NCBI GenBank assembly: GCA_977018835.1 | Contig: OZ361259.1 | Location: 3,906,001 to 3,970,000 of the forward strand | DNA from: Minutocellus sp. GHC0000111 | Lineage: Eukaryota | Length of the DNA: 64,000 nt | Direction of reading: 5' to 3' | In this document: in pieces, positions 24,249 through 36,886 of the stretch | Numbering within the stretch: position 1 is the first letter of the stretch | Layout: each line of letters starts with the position of its first letter | Notes under the pieces: model-generated | The model's database searches: none | What the model was told of the DNA's origin: nothing | The model's input: only the letters and a program-made list of their open reading frames with translations | Translations under genes and position numbers: made by a program

Positions 24249-25184
24249 ATGAAAAATGACACTACCTCCAGCCCAAAGGCCAAGGCCAACTCCAACTCCA
24301 GCCCAAAGGCCAAGGCCAACTCTAGACATTCGTCCTCGCCCTCAACCCACGCCCACCCCGCGGCAGCACCACCAGGTTCCATGGGCAAATCCAAGTCAAG
24401 TCTCGCTGGATCACAAACGTCCAAGTCCAAGGTATCCAAGGAGGTATGGATACCAGAAGAGTATCGTCGTAAACAGATCGAACGAGATTTAATGGTGCTG
24501 AGAGAAAACACATTGTCAGCTTCGCATGGCAATAGACCAGGTACAGCGGGGGCAGGGATTGGAGGAACGTCGACACCAACAACCCCGTCCGCATCAGCTA
24601 ATTCGCCCATTGGGCCAGTGTCTCCTAAAGAACTCAAGGAGCTCAGGCGGGTATTCGATAGGTTATGTCAATACTCCTCTTCCAAGAAGACAAAGCAATC
24701 GTCGTCGCGAACACATAAATCCTGCCGGGCGAACCAATACATTCGAGCCCAAGATATCGCTGCCGCTCTCCGAGACTTGGGTATAAAGGCCACGAAACAA
24801 GAAGTCCTCGATATGCTCTGGGAGGCTGATGAGAAGAATGATGGCGTGGTCGACTGGGACGAGTTGAAGCTCATGTTTGAACGGTGCGTCCGTGATGATA
24901 GTGGTCGAGAGCCCGCTAGCTTTTACTATGTTGTGCAATTCATGATCTTTGACCAAGATAACGATGGCCTAGTTGGCATCGACGACACGATGAGCATTTT
25001 ATATGCTCGAATGGGCGCCGAGAGGATGGGAGAGATCATCGACGAGCTATTCCATGGAACCAAACACAATACCTGCAATAGTGGTGCCCTGCTGGGTCAT
25101 CAAGGTCGTCCCAACGAGCTCGATTTCGCAAGCTTCCGCAAGGCCTGGAGGCGAGTGCTGCTTTCCAATGATCGGGCAGAGTAG
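24249..25184 (+). CDS. EF-hand protein resembling outer dynein arm docking complex subunit DC3 (ODA14)
   Basis: LGIKATKQEVLDMLWEADEKNDGVVDWDELKLMFERCVRDDSGREPASFYYVVQFMIFDQDNDGLVGIDDTMSILYARMG follows the DC3 pattern (EVEDMIWEVDE..DG.V.W.EF..MF.RCR.D.TG.EP..LFNVVQF...LY.RYG). Confidence 0.72.
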   Translation: MKNDTTSSPKAKANSNSSPKAKANSRHSSSPSTHAHPAAAPPGSMGKSKSSLAGSQTSKSKVSKEVWIPEEYRRKQIERDLMVLRENTLSASHGNRPGTAGAGIGGTSTPTTPSASANSPIGPVSPKELKELRRVFDRLCQYSSSKKTKQSSSRTHKSCRANQYIRAQDIAAALRDLGIKATKQEVLDMLWEADEKNDGVVDWDELKLMFERCVRDDSGREPASFYYVVQFMIFDQDNDGLVGIDDTMSILYARMGAERMGEIIDELFHGTKHNTCNSGALLGHQGRPNELDFASFRKAWRRVLLSNDRAE

Positions 25185-25685
25185 GGGTATTGCCCTTCCC
25201 AAATGGCTCCGTGGTGACGACGCCTTTTGAACAAAAGCAATACTTTGGATGATGCAGCTAAACTCGTTTCACTTGCGAGCGTCTTCATCATAGAGTAGTC
25301 TACGTCTAATATAGATGTTCCCGCTTCCCCACTTCAATGGTCCAACGTAACGACGCAATTCACCGCTATCCTTTGGAGTTTCAATGCAAACCTTAAATTG
25401 GATCAAATCGGCGCAACAAGCCCATCACCGCTTGATCACCGCTTGGCGCTATGTAGTACCTAGCCTTTGTTTCGATAAATGGAACTGCCTCACTAAAATT
25501 GGTTATATAATGTACAAGGGCAATGTTCCGGCATTCATGTGTGTAGCAAAGATGTATTCTCCCCTTTTTGATGATCAATCGCACATTGCATAGCTACCGT
25601 GCGTAGCAGCCAGAAGAAGTACCACCCCAATGCGAGAAAAGCGAACTTATGTTCAGCTTCTTTCTCAATAAGAGGAGCAGCTCAC

Positions 25686-28232
25686 TTATGTCAGCTGACC
25701 CTCTCCTAGGTTGGGTATCTCTATTATTTGGCCACCAGCGCTTGGGTTTGATGGACTGAAATGGTTGGAAGGAGTTTGTTCAATGTCAACCGCATTTGCC
25801 TCCTTTGGTCTGTCCGGAGAGATGCCAAGGTGAGGGAGTATGTAGTACGAGCCACCACCAAAGACAAAGGTGGTGAAGATAATGCAAGCCGAGGTCATGG
25901 CCTTCATCAGCTTTTTGAACTCGCATCCTTCGCCGGTGACGGAATTGTAGATGGGAACGTTCTCTACCAGGGCGAGCGACACAGCCCCCCGCAAGCCGGC
26001 CAAGACAAGGACGAATTGAGTACGCTTGTCACGTAGTGCAGCGGCAGTTCTGCTCATGGGCAGCTTCTTTTGAGAACCCACACTCTCACATGCTTCTGCT
26101 GGATCGACACGAGAGGCCCGGCCACGGACCCGGTACGTGTGCCAGATAATGCTAGTAACGATGATCACCATGAGGGCTCGACAGACGACCGCCGATGCAA
26201 TTGCAATAGTGCACAGCCTCACGTCCCACACGTAATTGCTACTCAACAGAAAGAGGCCCAGATAGGCGAAAATGGCATTCTCTGCAAGCTGGGCCGTTAG
26301 ATGAGCAACGAATCGAACATGTCGATCGGCCGTTGCTGACAAACGGATGCGTTCCGTCCTGGCAATGGGCTGACCGGTAGCAAATGACTTGACCGATCGC
26401 AGACCATCGTCTCCGCCCCCATCACCCATATCGACGTACTCGTTGCCCGTCGCGTCCGATTGAGAGGATACTATCGTCAGCGATCGCTGTCGCTTCTTCG
26501 GCGCGGCAATGTAAATGTCCATCACAAAAGCCATGACCACAATCGCTACAATGCCGGACCAATCCAACGCCTCGCAGATGTAGTACGGAACGAGAGCCCA
26601 CAGAAAGAACGAGCCAACCTCCATGACGGGATGCAGGTTCCGCTCGAGGAAGTAGAAGAAGATCCAGGCGCAGCATCCGCAAAGAATGCCCATCGCGATG
26701 GACCCAAACATGGCCAGCAAGAAATCAGCAATCGCTCCGAGCACCTCGTCGACCCGTCATTGGTCTTGCCATCGAACCGCTCTACAAGGGTCTTGAAGGT
26801 CGTGATGGCAATGCCGTAGTTGAGCAACTATTCGCCAAAGACCAGGATGAATATGGTATCGGTCTGGCACAGGTTCAGACTGGTAAGGACACTCAGAATG
26901 GCCACGGGATCGATCGATGAGATGAGAGCGCCAAACACCAACGAGTCGAGGACGGGGAAGGTCGTGGCCTTGCTGGCCTTGGACACATAGTGCACCATCA
27001 GGCCGGTTGAAAAGGTCGTGATGATGGTTCCCAGGACGGCAAAGGACATGATGGCACCTCCGCGCCGTTTGAATTGCGATTTGCTCACCGACAGGGCCGC
27101 CTCGAATATGATGGGGGGCAGCAACACACTCATAAACAGCTCCTCATCGAACACCATCGAATCGATGTTGGCACCGGGAATCATGTGCAGGAAGACACCG
27201 ATGAGCGTCCCGACCAGGATGCAAACGGCCGCCTCGGGGAGGAAGTGGATGTTGAGACGCTTCACCAGCACCTTGGCACACTCGCACAGCAGCAGGACAA
27301 GGGCGGCCGTTAGCAGATGGACGTTGGAGAGGAGGCTGCTGTCCTCGCAGTATTCGGCGTGGTGGCGGATCAGAGATTGGCAGCAGGTATGCTCGTAAAA
27401 CTCTTCAAAGTAGTCATCGACACCGTTCTGGGCATGGTAGCGTTTGTCGTTGGTTTGACAGTCTGGCATACAAGCGAGGTAGGTAAGTGTAAGCAAGTCC
27501 AAAGAACGGAAAGGAAGTGGTTAGGAACGATGGTGGTAAAAAAATCGGAACAATGCGACGGGATGAAAACTCACCAGCGGCAGTGTAGGCGTTCATGATG
27601 CCCTCGCACGTATCCCTCGCATCGGTCGTACCCTCGAGGAACGACACCAGGTACTGGGAGCAGGCCTCGTTGACGTCATCGTCGTCGTAGTTGGCATTGT
27701 AATTGTAATCATCATTACCGGCCGCGGCGTCGTTCGCTGCACCGTCGTCGTCGGCATGGTAGTAGTCATCACCGGCCACGGCGTCGCCGCCGTCGGCGTC
27801 GGCATCGTTGTTGACATTGTTGTTATTATCCTCCACTCGTCTATTTTGCTGCATTTCCCGTCCATCATCTGCTCCCTCCTCTGGCTGGCCGAATTTATCG
27901 GCACCAGGACGGCTCTGGACAGTCTCGGCGGCACTCGACGACGTGTAATATTTGAACCCGAGCGGCGACCGCCGCCTCCGCCGGCTGCTGCCCCGTCGGA
28001 CCCCGTCCCCAAAGATCGTGCGGAAGCCATGCTCGAGCGCTTCGGTGGCGCTCATCGGTCCGGCCCTGGACGTTGCAAGCGCAGCAGTTGACGTTGTTGA
28101 TGACGAGGAGGCCTCCGACACATGAATGTGCGAAGAACACGAAAGGAGGCCCACCAGGAGGACCAGGCAGCACCGCGCTCGGGAGGAGCGCCGTATGCGC
28201 CCCGAATTATTGTTCACATATATGCTTGCCAT
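25686..28232 (-). pseudogene. Na+/H+ exchanger (CPA1, NHE8/NHX-like) with a lumenal N-terminal extension; disabled
   Basis: LLPPIIFEAA, FGALISSIDPVA and GLRGAVSLAL motifs; intron 27463-27574. The canonical FGESLLND reads FGE*LLNY (TAG 26828-26830), followed by a frameshift at ~26750-26762. Confidence 0.88.
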
Positions 28233-28817
28233 TGCTGTATACATGTACACTATGAATTTCACTCGACGTATGTGCTATGCGTGAGCAGTCGTCTTTTCCC
28301 TCTCCAAAGAGCCTAAAACGACCCAAAGCCGAAAGACGAGATTCGACTGACGGGAACGGATGATGAAAGAAAACCCAAAAAAGACGCCAGACCCAAACCC
28401 GCAGAGAGATTCAACCCCTTCGACTGTTACCTCGACCAAGCAAATCAGTCCTTGTATCTCTCTTTGGCAATTGCTGCAAGCTCTTTGCTCCCGGGGCTCA
28501 CTGAACGGCAGAGGTTTGTGGTTGTTTGGGTCGCGTTGCTTGTGCCGTTTTTTGGCGGAGGCCGAGGTGACGGCAGCGCGTAAGAAAGAGAGAGCGGTCA
28601 TGGCACAGCAAAAGTCGAGCGAGTCGAGGTTCTCACAGTCGAACGAGTCAAATCCCACGTGGATTTTTGGCAGTGCTCACATGATGTCAGTTGCCGCCGT
28701 TTCGGGCAGCACATGCATGCCAGCCAAATGATACTTGCTTACCAAGTCAGTACCTGCACACCAAAGCAAGTGCCTCCATACCCGTACCTGCATTGATTGC
28801 CAGCAGTCAGCAGCACC

Positions 28818-31223
28818 ATGGTGCCAAATCCGGCGCAACAACAACACGGCATGCCCATCCCGGCGTATCTGCAGCACGAGGACGAGGACGAGCACGAGGA
28901 CGAGGACGAGCACGATGAGCAGCGGCACTCGTCGGCGCCGGCGCCGGCCTCCCTCCCCTCCGAGACGGAGCTGGTCCTGCTGTGCCTCGACTACCTCCGC
29001 GACCTGCGCCGGTCGTACCAGCATGGCCCCTCCCCTTCCGGCGCTACTACTTCTACAAGCGGCGATGCGCCTCCCGGCTCCGGCGGGGACCTCCTGAGGG
29101 AGGCCGAGCAGCTCGACGGGAACTGGATCAGCCTGGCCATCTACGCCCTGTCCCGGTCGTTCGTCGGGGAGGACAACGGCCTGCGCGATGCCTTTGCCTG
29201 CGGCAGGAGCGGCGATGCTGCTGGCGGCGGCGGCGGCTGCGGCAACGACGCCTGGTTCGCCCCCCAACGGGCCGCGGGAAGGCAGTCCAGTCCGCTCCTG
29301 CAGATCGAGATCGCCCCGGCGGCTTCCGGCAGCAACGGGAAAAAACATGCCGCCGCCAATTCTTCTTCTTCTGCGGAAACAATCGCCATCCCCAGCTCCA
29401 TGGCCGACATCAATCGGGAGATTCTGCGTCCGGATCTGCCCATGCCACCGCCTGCCAGTGCTGCCAGTGCCGCCGCTGCTGCCAGCAGCCCCGGCCGGAG
29501 CAAGGCCTCGCGGTTGGCCGCCATCAAGTCCGGCTCTGCCTCGGCCTCGGCCTCGGCAACGCACTCGTACACGGCCCTGTACCCGCACGACGATGCCCAC
29601 CCGTCCAACCTCCACCGCTTTTACACCCTGAACGGTCTGGGAGGAGGCGGGGTGGCCGCCGAGCAGGCGGACGGCGGCCCCAGCGACGGCGGCGGCGCGG
29701 ACGGCCGCCCCCCCCTGACGCTGGGTGAGCTGACGGCCGCCGGGCTGGCGGGGCTCGGGGCGCGGAGCCGGCTAGACGCCGAGCGGGACATGGTCAGATC
29801 GGAGCTGTTCGGGCAGTTCCTAACGGCCGTCGGCCAGAAGGGGTTCTTCGAGGGGACGACCGCCGCGCCAATGATGAGCACTGCTAATGTCGACGATGAC
29901 GGCGCCGACGCCGACGCCGGCGCCAACGAAGCAAATGCAGCCCAAAGAAAGTACGAGGAACGGTATCGGAAGGTCGTGGCGAAAATCCGGACCAAGCTCG
30001 CCGCCAAGGCCGCGGCGGCAGCGGACGGGGTTGCTCCCGGCGGAGACAGAGGCGGCGGCTCGAGTGTCATCAGCGGTGCGGGCAGCAGATCCGTCGTCAG
30101 CGGTGCCGCCGCCGCCGCCGCTGCCAGGCAGCAAATGGCGAGACGGCAGAGGCGGATTGCCGCCGCCACGGGAGTTGATGTTGGGCCAGGGAGCGGCGTG
30201 GTTGCTACCGCTGCCGCTGCCGCTGCTGCCAACGCCGCTCCCACCACTTCCTCTGCAATCACCGACGCCTCCTTCAGTCGGACCGATCTCGACGAGGCCG
30301 AGGTTCTCAAGTCGGCCGGCAACGCTCACATGCAGAAGAAGGAATACGAGCAGGCCGTCGATGCCTACACCTCGGCGCTCAAGCTATGTCCCAACGGCCC
30401 GTCCTCGCACGTGTACTTCTCCAATCGAGCCGCGGCCCTCCTTTCCATGAAGAGCTTCGAGGAGGCCATACGGGATTCCGAACGTTCCCTGGCCCTCCAG
30501 CCAGATTACGCCAAGGCGCACGCAAGGCTGGGCCTGGCGCAGTTCCTCCTGGGCCGATTTGACGATGCCGTCGAGGCCTACGAAGCGGCATTGCGCCTCG
30601 ACCCCGACAACAAGGCCTCTCGAAGCTACCTGGAGAAGGCCAGGAAGAAGCTTGCCGCTCAGCAAATTGTAGAAGAAACGACGGCGGCGAAGGATAAAAA
30701 TGTGGCAACCTCGGTCCCGCCCAACAGGAATGCGGTCGAATCAGGCCGAGGTCCATTGGCGCCGCCTGCGGCGACCTCGCCCACCACTGGCGGAAGTTCC
30801 CCGACCAAGACTCGCGAACAGATCCGCATCGACGAGAAGGAGGCCAACCGCTTCAAATCCAAGGGCAATGCCGCCATGGCCGCCCGCGACTACGACGGGG
30901 CCATCGCGGCATACACGGCGGCTCTTGAGTTGAGTCCGGATTGGGCATCGTCACATGTTTTCTATTCAAATCGGGCCGCCGCCTTTTGCTACCTGGAGCG
31001 ATACGAGGAGGCCGAGGTGGACTCCGAAACCAGCATCAGGCTCCGACCGGATTACGGCAAAGGATGGGCCCGTCTTGGTCTCAGCAGATTCTTTCTCCAT
31101 GACTACGGCGCCGCCGTTTCGGCATATCAAGAATCTCTCAAGTACGAGCCGGACAACCCTGCCAGCCGGAGCTACCTTCAGAAGGCACTTAGGAAGTTGG
31201 AAGAGGAGGGAGGAGGTCAATAA
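28818..31223 (+). CDS. SGTA/Sgt2-like TPR co-chaperone with two TPR triplets
   Basis: AEVLKSAGN...YFSNRAAA...YAKAHARLG and ANRFKSKGN...FYSNRAAA...YGKGWARLG. N-terminal LVLLCLDYL / ISLAIYALSRSF resembles the SGTA dimerisation helices. Confidence 0.8.
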   Translation: MVPNPAQQQHGMPIPAYLQHEDEDEHEDEDEHDEQRHSSAPAPASLPSETELVLLCLDYLRDLRRSYQHGPSPSGATTSTSGDAPPGSGGDLLREAEQLDGNWISLAIYALSRSFVGEDNGLRDAFACGRSGDAAGGGGGCGNDAWFAPQRAAGRQSSPLLQIEIAPAASGSNGKKHAAANSSSSAETIAIPSSMADINREILRPDLPMPPPASAASAAAAASSPGRSKASRLAAIKSGSASASASATHSYTALYPHDDAHPSNLHRFYTLNGLGGGGVAAEQADGGPSDGGGADGRPPLTLGELTAAGLAGLGARSRLDAERDMVRSELFGQFLTAVGQKGFFEGTTAAPMMSTANVDDDGADADAGANEANAAQRKYEERYRKVVAKIRTKLAAKAAAAADGVAPGGDRGGGSSVISGAGSRSVVSGAAAAAAARQQMARRQRRIAAATGVDVGPGSGVVATAAAAAAANAAPTTSSAITDASFSRTDLDEAEVLKSAGNAHMQKKEYEQAVDAYTSALKLCPNGPSSHVYFSNRAAALLSMKSFEEAIRDSERSLALQPDYAKAHARLGLAQFLLGRFDDAVEAYEAALRLDPDNKASRSYLEKARKKLAAQQIVEETTAAKDKNVATSVPPNRNAVESGRGPLAPPAATSPTTGGSSPTKTREQIRIDEKEANRFKSKGNAAMAARDYDGAIAAYTAALELSPDWASSHVFYSNRAAAFCYLERYEEAEVDSETSIRLRPDYGKGWARLGLSRFFLHDYGAAVSAYQESLKYEPDNPASRSYLQKALRKLEEEGGGQ

Positions 31224-31508
31224 AATGCTGCAATCGAGGAGAAGAGTCTTTGGCAGACTGGTGGGGGTGCAAACAACCGTGAGTTGGACAGAGGCCACTT
31301 TTAACTGGTGGTGCGTACAGCTTGGCGGACGAGTTCGTACATGTAATATTTTCGAGGAATGTAATTTCTTTTTGACAAAAAAAAGAGTCTTCCTTTTCAT
31401 GTTGATACATACATGGTAATTTAGTTGATGTTTCAGTGTAGACTGCATATAGCCGCATGTACCAGTACACAAGATTTAAGCGTCCTTTAAAAGTTACAGC
31501 TCTACATC

Positions 31509-33261
31509 TCAAATTACCAGAGCCCGCAGACGAAGCGCCTACCGGCAAGCATCGATCGAAAGGATGAAATGATGATTGATTTTGCGAGACGGACAAGAGA
31601 GGACGATGAATGAATGAATGAATGGAACAAAACTCAAGCAGGAATTGTTTAGAACCAACGGCATTGCATACACCCAACTAACTCACCTCGGCGGTACAGG
31701 GTTCGGCGTTCACCACCAAACTAAAAGTGCCGGCGGCACCCTCCTGCGCCCATATCTGACCAATCAACGCCCTCAAAACGTCCGAGTTGCCAATGAACTC
31801 CTCGCCGTTGATGTGCGTTACCACATCGCCCTTCTGGATGCCACTGCGGCCGGCCTGGCCGAAGCTAGAGGCAATGACCACCCTCCCCGATGGAGAGGAG
31901 AGGTGCGTCTCGCACTTGGACCCCCCACCGGCCATCAGAACGTTGTGCACTCCCTTCTGCTTCGTCTTGTCGATGGTGCCCTTGACGACCTTACCGCCGC
32001 GGCCAATGCTGACGCGGGCAAAGGCATCGGCGATGGATCCGTCCCACTCGTCGTCGGCAAACCTCAACGGGCACTTGCTGTCGCCCCACCTGCGCGGAGC
32101 TTGGGCCGGATCGAACGCGTTGAGCGTGACGTGCCGGGGCATCCGGGAGGGCAGCGGGTGCATCCTGCGATGGGCGGCAATCTCGGCCTCTCGCTTGGCC
32201 TGGGCCCTGGAGGCATCCGTCTCGGCCATGGCCAGGGCTCTGGATACGGCACCCGCATTGGACGCAGCTCCTCGGGCCCAGGACGATTTGTCGTTCCGGC
32301 TTGTCCCCCCACTCCTCGCTCTGGACACTGGAATTCCCGCCGATGCGACCTCGCTCTTCTTGGCGGCATTCTGACATCGCATGCTGGGAGTTATGCCCTT
32401 CATCATGAGCTCGCTGATGCCCGCCAATATCTGCGCCGCATGGGCAAGCTGCGAGGGATCGCCGCTGACCATCATCTTGGTCACGTACTGCTGCTCTTCT
32501 TCGGTCATGGCAAACTCCAACCCATTGAACAGTGTTGTGTCAATGGGTAGTGCGACAACCTCTTCCTCGTGCTCATCGACCTCCAGAGCCTCCTCACCGG
32601 TATCGTCATCGATGGAATCCAACACAGCCGTCACGGTCGGCCGTTCGACCACGGCCTGCGCCTCTTGGCACAGCTCGACGCCAATCTCGGCGGCCCCCTC
32701 CCGGTACACCCTGTGCGCCAGCGCCAGCTGCGCCTGCGTCGCCACCCCCTCGTGCTTGATGCGGAGCTCGTGCGCGCTCAGCTCGGAATCGGGCGTGGTG
32801 GCGTATCCCATTCGCATCATGGACGCGTGCTTCCGCAGCAGCAGCGTTTCGCCGATGGTGGTGGACAAGTCCCCCCGGCACTGCGGACATTGCAGCCGCA
32901 CCTTGACGTGGCGGTTGCCGTCGCTGGCCTCCTGATAGTCGTCCTTGGAGGAGGAGACGAGGGAAGCTGCGCAGTCGGCGCAGAAATTGTACCCGCATCG
33001 CGTCGGGCAGAGCATGGGGTAGGTGGCGTCGGAGGGTTCCATATCCGTGAGGCAGATGGGACAGGCAGTAGTATCGGCAGCTGAGGACGACGGTGCTTGG
33101 TTATCCGCAGCACCATCGGCAGCTGGAGGTGCCGCCGCAGCTGAAGACGATGGGGCTTGGTTACAGGAATCCGCAGCACCGTCGTCAACGTCATTCTTGG
33201 TTGAGGCAGCTGGTTGTGCCGCCGCCGCCGTAGCGTCATTATCATCCGCGGAAGACGACAT
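31509..33261 (-). CDS. RING-like zinc finger + PDZ domain protein; exons 33261-31687 and 31538-31509
   Basis: CPIC...CPTRCGYNFCADC...CPQCR and AGRSGIQKGDVVTHINGE. Intron 31539-31686 (GTGAGT...TAG) adds ALRLRALVI*. Confidence 0.8.
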
Positions 33262-33521
33262 CCTTGCGACCTGCGCTAGCCAGAGGCTATTCTGTACATG
33301 TATCTCTCTTTCAGCAAATTGTTCTTACGCTCGGAGAATTCCCCTTGTTCTTCGACCTCCTCGTCCTCGTCATTGGGTGCGCCGTTTTGTATCGCGAAAA
33401 GCGGTCAGCGAGAAAAAACGGCATGAGATGGCCTGTCCGTCGCTTCCCCATCTCACATCTTGCGCGCGATCGATCTTCAATCCTATCCGTCCATTTTTTC
33501 GACCTCTGCATCTGGCGCAAG

Positions 33522-35000
33522 ATGCTGCCCCTCCGATCGGCAGCCATTGGTGCCACGAAGGCAGCCTCGCGCCACCGGCGATGGCAAAACGCCCTCGCTG
33601 CATGCCAGCAGGTGCAGCACGTGTCCTTGTTTTCAACTCGTCCCCGTGCCACCTTGGAGGAGGCCCTGTCGAACCAGACCCAGTCGCGACGCTTCCGTCG
33701 AAAGAACAACAACCACAACCACAACCACAACAAGCCTGCACGTGATCGGAAGCGTGGCGGCAATCAAGATGATGTTTGGGACAGCAATAATTGGACCAAC
33801 CCAAACACATCTAGCCAGTATGGGAATCGTCCAAAAAGAAATCAAGCCAGTGGCGGCGGTGGCGGTAATGCTGGTCCCATTCGACTATCGAAGCGCATGA
33901 GCGAATTGGACTTGTGTTCGAGGCGAGAGGCCGATCGACTCATCGCCGCCGGCAGAGTCCTTGTAGGTGGCAAGCCGGTGGAACCCACACTGGGCCAAAA
34001 GGTCGACCCCAACGAACGAGACATTGCCATTTCGGCCACGCCATGGTCCCCAGATGATTTTGCAACCAGTAATAACGACCAATCGATGGACAAGGAACGA
34101 GGCAAGGATAACATCATCCGGCCGCTGGAATTCGACTGGGAACGCATGAGGGGAGACACCGTCGTCCTGCACAAGCCGGCAGGATATGTGTTGGGACAGC
34201 CGGAGGACTCGGTCATTGGCGGGAGGGGTCGGCACGAACCCGCCGTCCGGTTGCTGACGAGGAAGATTCTGTTCATACAGGGCGGCGTGGCGGAAGACGT
34301 TGAGCTGAAGGAGATATTGTCCGACGGCAACTATCTTCACTTTTCACGCAAGTGGAATCTGCCAAAGCAGCATCAGACACAGAATGATGATCCATGGTGG
34401 AATAATGACGGTGGTCATACCAATAATCGCCGAAAAGGCATTGGCAACGGAAAAGACAAACGTATTGATTCGTCTACCCCACAAGATGCGACTCTCAACA
34501 ATTACGTTCCTTCGGGAAGGCTCGATTTGGAAAGCACAGGTTTATTGATCTTTACCAAAAACGGCGTGATGGCCAAGAAGTCGATTTCGCCGCAGGGTCT
34601 GGTCGAGAAGGAATACGTCGTGGAGGTATCGCCGGCACAATCCCTCACTCGCGTCGAGAGAGAAATGGGCATGGAACGGCTACCGGATCCCACCAAAGAT
34701 TTGCGCCCGCTGCTCCGTGGCGGAGCCAAACTTTTTGGCGAGCATCGGGCCCTTCGACCAGTCGTCGAGGCAGAATGGATGGAGCACAACAAGGGCGGTG
34801 GTGGTAAGCTGCGGATTGTGCTGAGAGAAGGGATGAAACGACATCTCCGTCGAGCCTGCCGAGAGTTGCTTGGACTGCATGTTGATAACTTGGTGAGGAC
34901 TCGGATTGGAGATGTCAAGTTGGATCTGCCCGAGGGAAGATGGAGGCCCTTGCGAGAGCACGAAGCTCGGTCGATATTCTTTGCGGGTAGTAAATCTTAA
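33522..35000 (+). CDS. RsuA/RluF-family rRNA pseudouridine synthase with an S4 domain, probably organelle-targeted
   Basis: RLSKRMSELDLCSRREADRLI (S4), LHKPAGYV, GRLDLESTGLL, EKEYVV and LVRTRIG; Arg-rich presequence. Confidence 0.9.
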   Translation: MLPLRSAAIGATKAASRHRRWQNALAACQQVQHVSLFSTRPRATLEEALSNQTQSRRFRRKNNNHNHNHNKPARDRKRGGNQDDVWDSNNWTNPNTSSQYGNRPKRNQASGGGGGNAGPIRLSKRMSELDLCSRREADRLIAAGRVLVGGKPVEPTLGQKVDPNERDIAISATPWSPDDFATSNNDQSMDKERGKDNIIRPLEFDWERMRGDTVVLHKPAGYVLGQPEDSVIGGRGRHEPAVRLLTRKILFIQGGVAEDVELKEILSDGNYLHFSRKWNLPKQHQTQNDDPWWNNDGGHTNNRRKGIGNGKDKRIDSSTPQDATLNNYVPSGRLDLESTGLLIFTKNGVMAKKSISPQGLVEKEYVVEVSPAQSLTRVEREMGMERLPDPTKDLRPLLRGGAKLFGEHRALRPVVEAEWMEHNKGGGGKLRIVLREGMKRHLRRACRELLGLHVDNLVRTRIGDVKLDLPEGRWRPLREHEARSIFFAGSKS

Positions 35001-35398
35001 CATAGATCTAATGCAAGACAATTTGGCTCAATACCACCAAGCAAATGAACGTCCCCAAGAAGCCAAGAAGCCCATTTCATATCTTGTAATCTGACTCGAC
35101 TCATTCGACTACCATCTACTCAGCTTCCCTACGTACGTTGCTACGTACTGGGTGGCGTACGTACGGAAGCAGCAGCAGCGTCATTTTTGCGCTGACGCGG
35201 TTGGTGCCAGCATGCCAGCATTTCGAAGAAGGCAACTGCGAGCCACAAAGAATCACCAGTCGACAACCAAACAAGGCGAGAGTGAGAGCGACGGCATCAC
35301 CAATTGCCCGCATTCCTCTTCCAGTTGGTCCCATGCCGAAAAAGGCCGCTGCGAGGCACCGTAGAAGAAGCTGTCAGCCAAACAAGGAGCGAGTGAGA

Positions 35399-36886
35399 AT
35401 GACGACTCCGACTTCGATTGTTGTTCTTCTACTTCTTGCTCTGGCAACGAACGCCTGCGCCGAGTTTAGTACGCCCGCTCGCTATCACCCTACGCCAGTT
35501 GCCTTCATCGGCCGGAATACCACCGGCACTCGCGGTAAGAGCAGTGCGAAGGACGTAATCGGCAGAAATTCTCGCGACTACGCCTCGAAAACTGGTAGTG
35601 ATGAAAGAACTGCGTCTGCTCTCTTCAATTCCGCCAACCCCATCGATACCAGTGCCGATGGCAGTCCTCCGCCGGTCGGCGTCGAATCGGTGAAGGAGCT
35701 ACCCGATGACTTCCCTCGGCGCGAGGATGCAGTCGAAGCGATCAAGGCGGTCCGCAAGGCTTGTATGGTGACTATGAGGCTGCAGCCAAATCATTCTCCC
35801 ACCAAGGACAAGGACGGGACAATATCGACTCTAACCAAACAACAGGCTGACAATTCTCCGGTGACGGTGGGTGACTTTGCCGCGCAGGCGATTGTGTTGG
35901 GACATCTTTTGCAGGCCTTTCCCACTGATCGTTTCATTGCCGAGGAATCGAGTGAGCATCTCACGGCCAATCCTGGCCTACTAAAAGAAGTTTGGGCAGC
36001 AGCAAATGATCACATGGCGTCAACAGAAGAGCTCTGTCGGTGCATTGATCTCGGGCAATCGTACAATGCCGACGGGACCATCGAAGAAGGCCAAACGGAG
36101 AGAATGTGGACATGCGACCCAATAGATGGAACAAAGGGATTCATTCGCGGAAAGCTCGATGGTGGTCAATACGCAGTCTGTTTGGCAAAATTGGAAAATG
36201 GAGTGCCCACAATTGGTGTCCTTGGTTGTCCCAATTTGCCGTGTGACGTCGATAGCACCGACTATGAATGGGCTGAAGGAGAGACAGAAGCAAACAATCG
36301 CCAGTCGAGAGGATGTATTTTCGTCGCTAGCAAGGGGGGAGGATGCTACCAGTTGCCACTCTTTCCGGACGGCAGCATCCAAGGACCCCTCAAAGCAACT
36401 CCCAATGATGGCTCTTCCACCAAAGTTGCCGATGCTCGCTTTTGCTGTGGAGTTGAATCTGGCTTTGGAGATTACCTGGGCCAACAGGCTAGAATTGCCA
36501 AAATACTACACGGACCAAGTGCTCTTGACGACAAGGGCGAAATAGTCAACGCACGACGGATGGACTCTCAGGCCAAACATGGGGTTCTGGCAAGAGGAGG
36601 TGCCGAGATCTTTGTCCGCCTTCCGAAACCTGGGTATGTGGAATGGATATGGGATCACGCGGCCGGTTTCGTCGTCATTGAAGAGGCCGGTGGGCGATTG
36701 ACTGACATCGATGGGCAACGAATAGACTTTTCTCTTGGGGCGAAATTATCTCCCTCGGTCAGAGGTATCGCTATGACTTCCGGTGGAGTATTTCATGATA
36801 GATTATTATCGGCATTCAAGGAGCAGGAAATGACTCTTCTTGGGGAAAGCGAAGAAGGGGAGGGAGGAGTTGCAGTTGTGGCATAA
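35399..36886 (+). CDS. 3'(2'),5'-bisphosphate nucleotidase (SAL1/HAL2 family) with a signal or plastid presequence
   Basis: [42 protein letters not shown] and EWIWDHAAG motifs. Confidence 0.92.
   Translation: MTTPTSIVVLLLLALATNACAEFSTPARYHPTPVAFIGRNTTGTRGKSSAKDVIGRNSRDYASKTGSDERTASALFNSANPIDTSADGSPPPVGVESVKELPDDFPRREDAVEAIKAVRKACMVTMRLQPNHSPTKDKDGTISTLTKQQADNSPVTVGDFAAQAIVLGHLLQAFPTDRFIAEESSEHLTANPGLLKEVWAAANDHMASTEELCRCIDLGQSYNADGTIEEGQTERMWTCDPIDGTKGFIRGKLDGGQYAVCLAKLENGVPTIGVLGCPNLPCDVDSTDYEWAEGETEANNRQSRGCIFVASKGGGCYQLPLFPDGSIQGPLKATPNDGSSTKVADARFCCGVESGFGDYLGQQARIAKILHGPSALDDKGEIVNARRMDSQAKHGVLARGGAEIFVRLPKPGYVEWIWDHAAGFVVIEEAGGRLTDIDGQRIDFSLGAKLSPSVRGIAMTSGGVFHDRLLSAFKEQEMTLLGESEEGEGGVAVVA

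Noticed and set aside
8896..26830. Stop-codon reassignment or readthrough explaining the in-frame TAG/TGA codons
   Set aside because: The TAGs align to different residues (Ser in FGESLLND, Leu in the PfkB duplicate), many genes terminate normally at TAG or TGA, and frameshifts co-occur.
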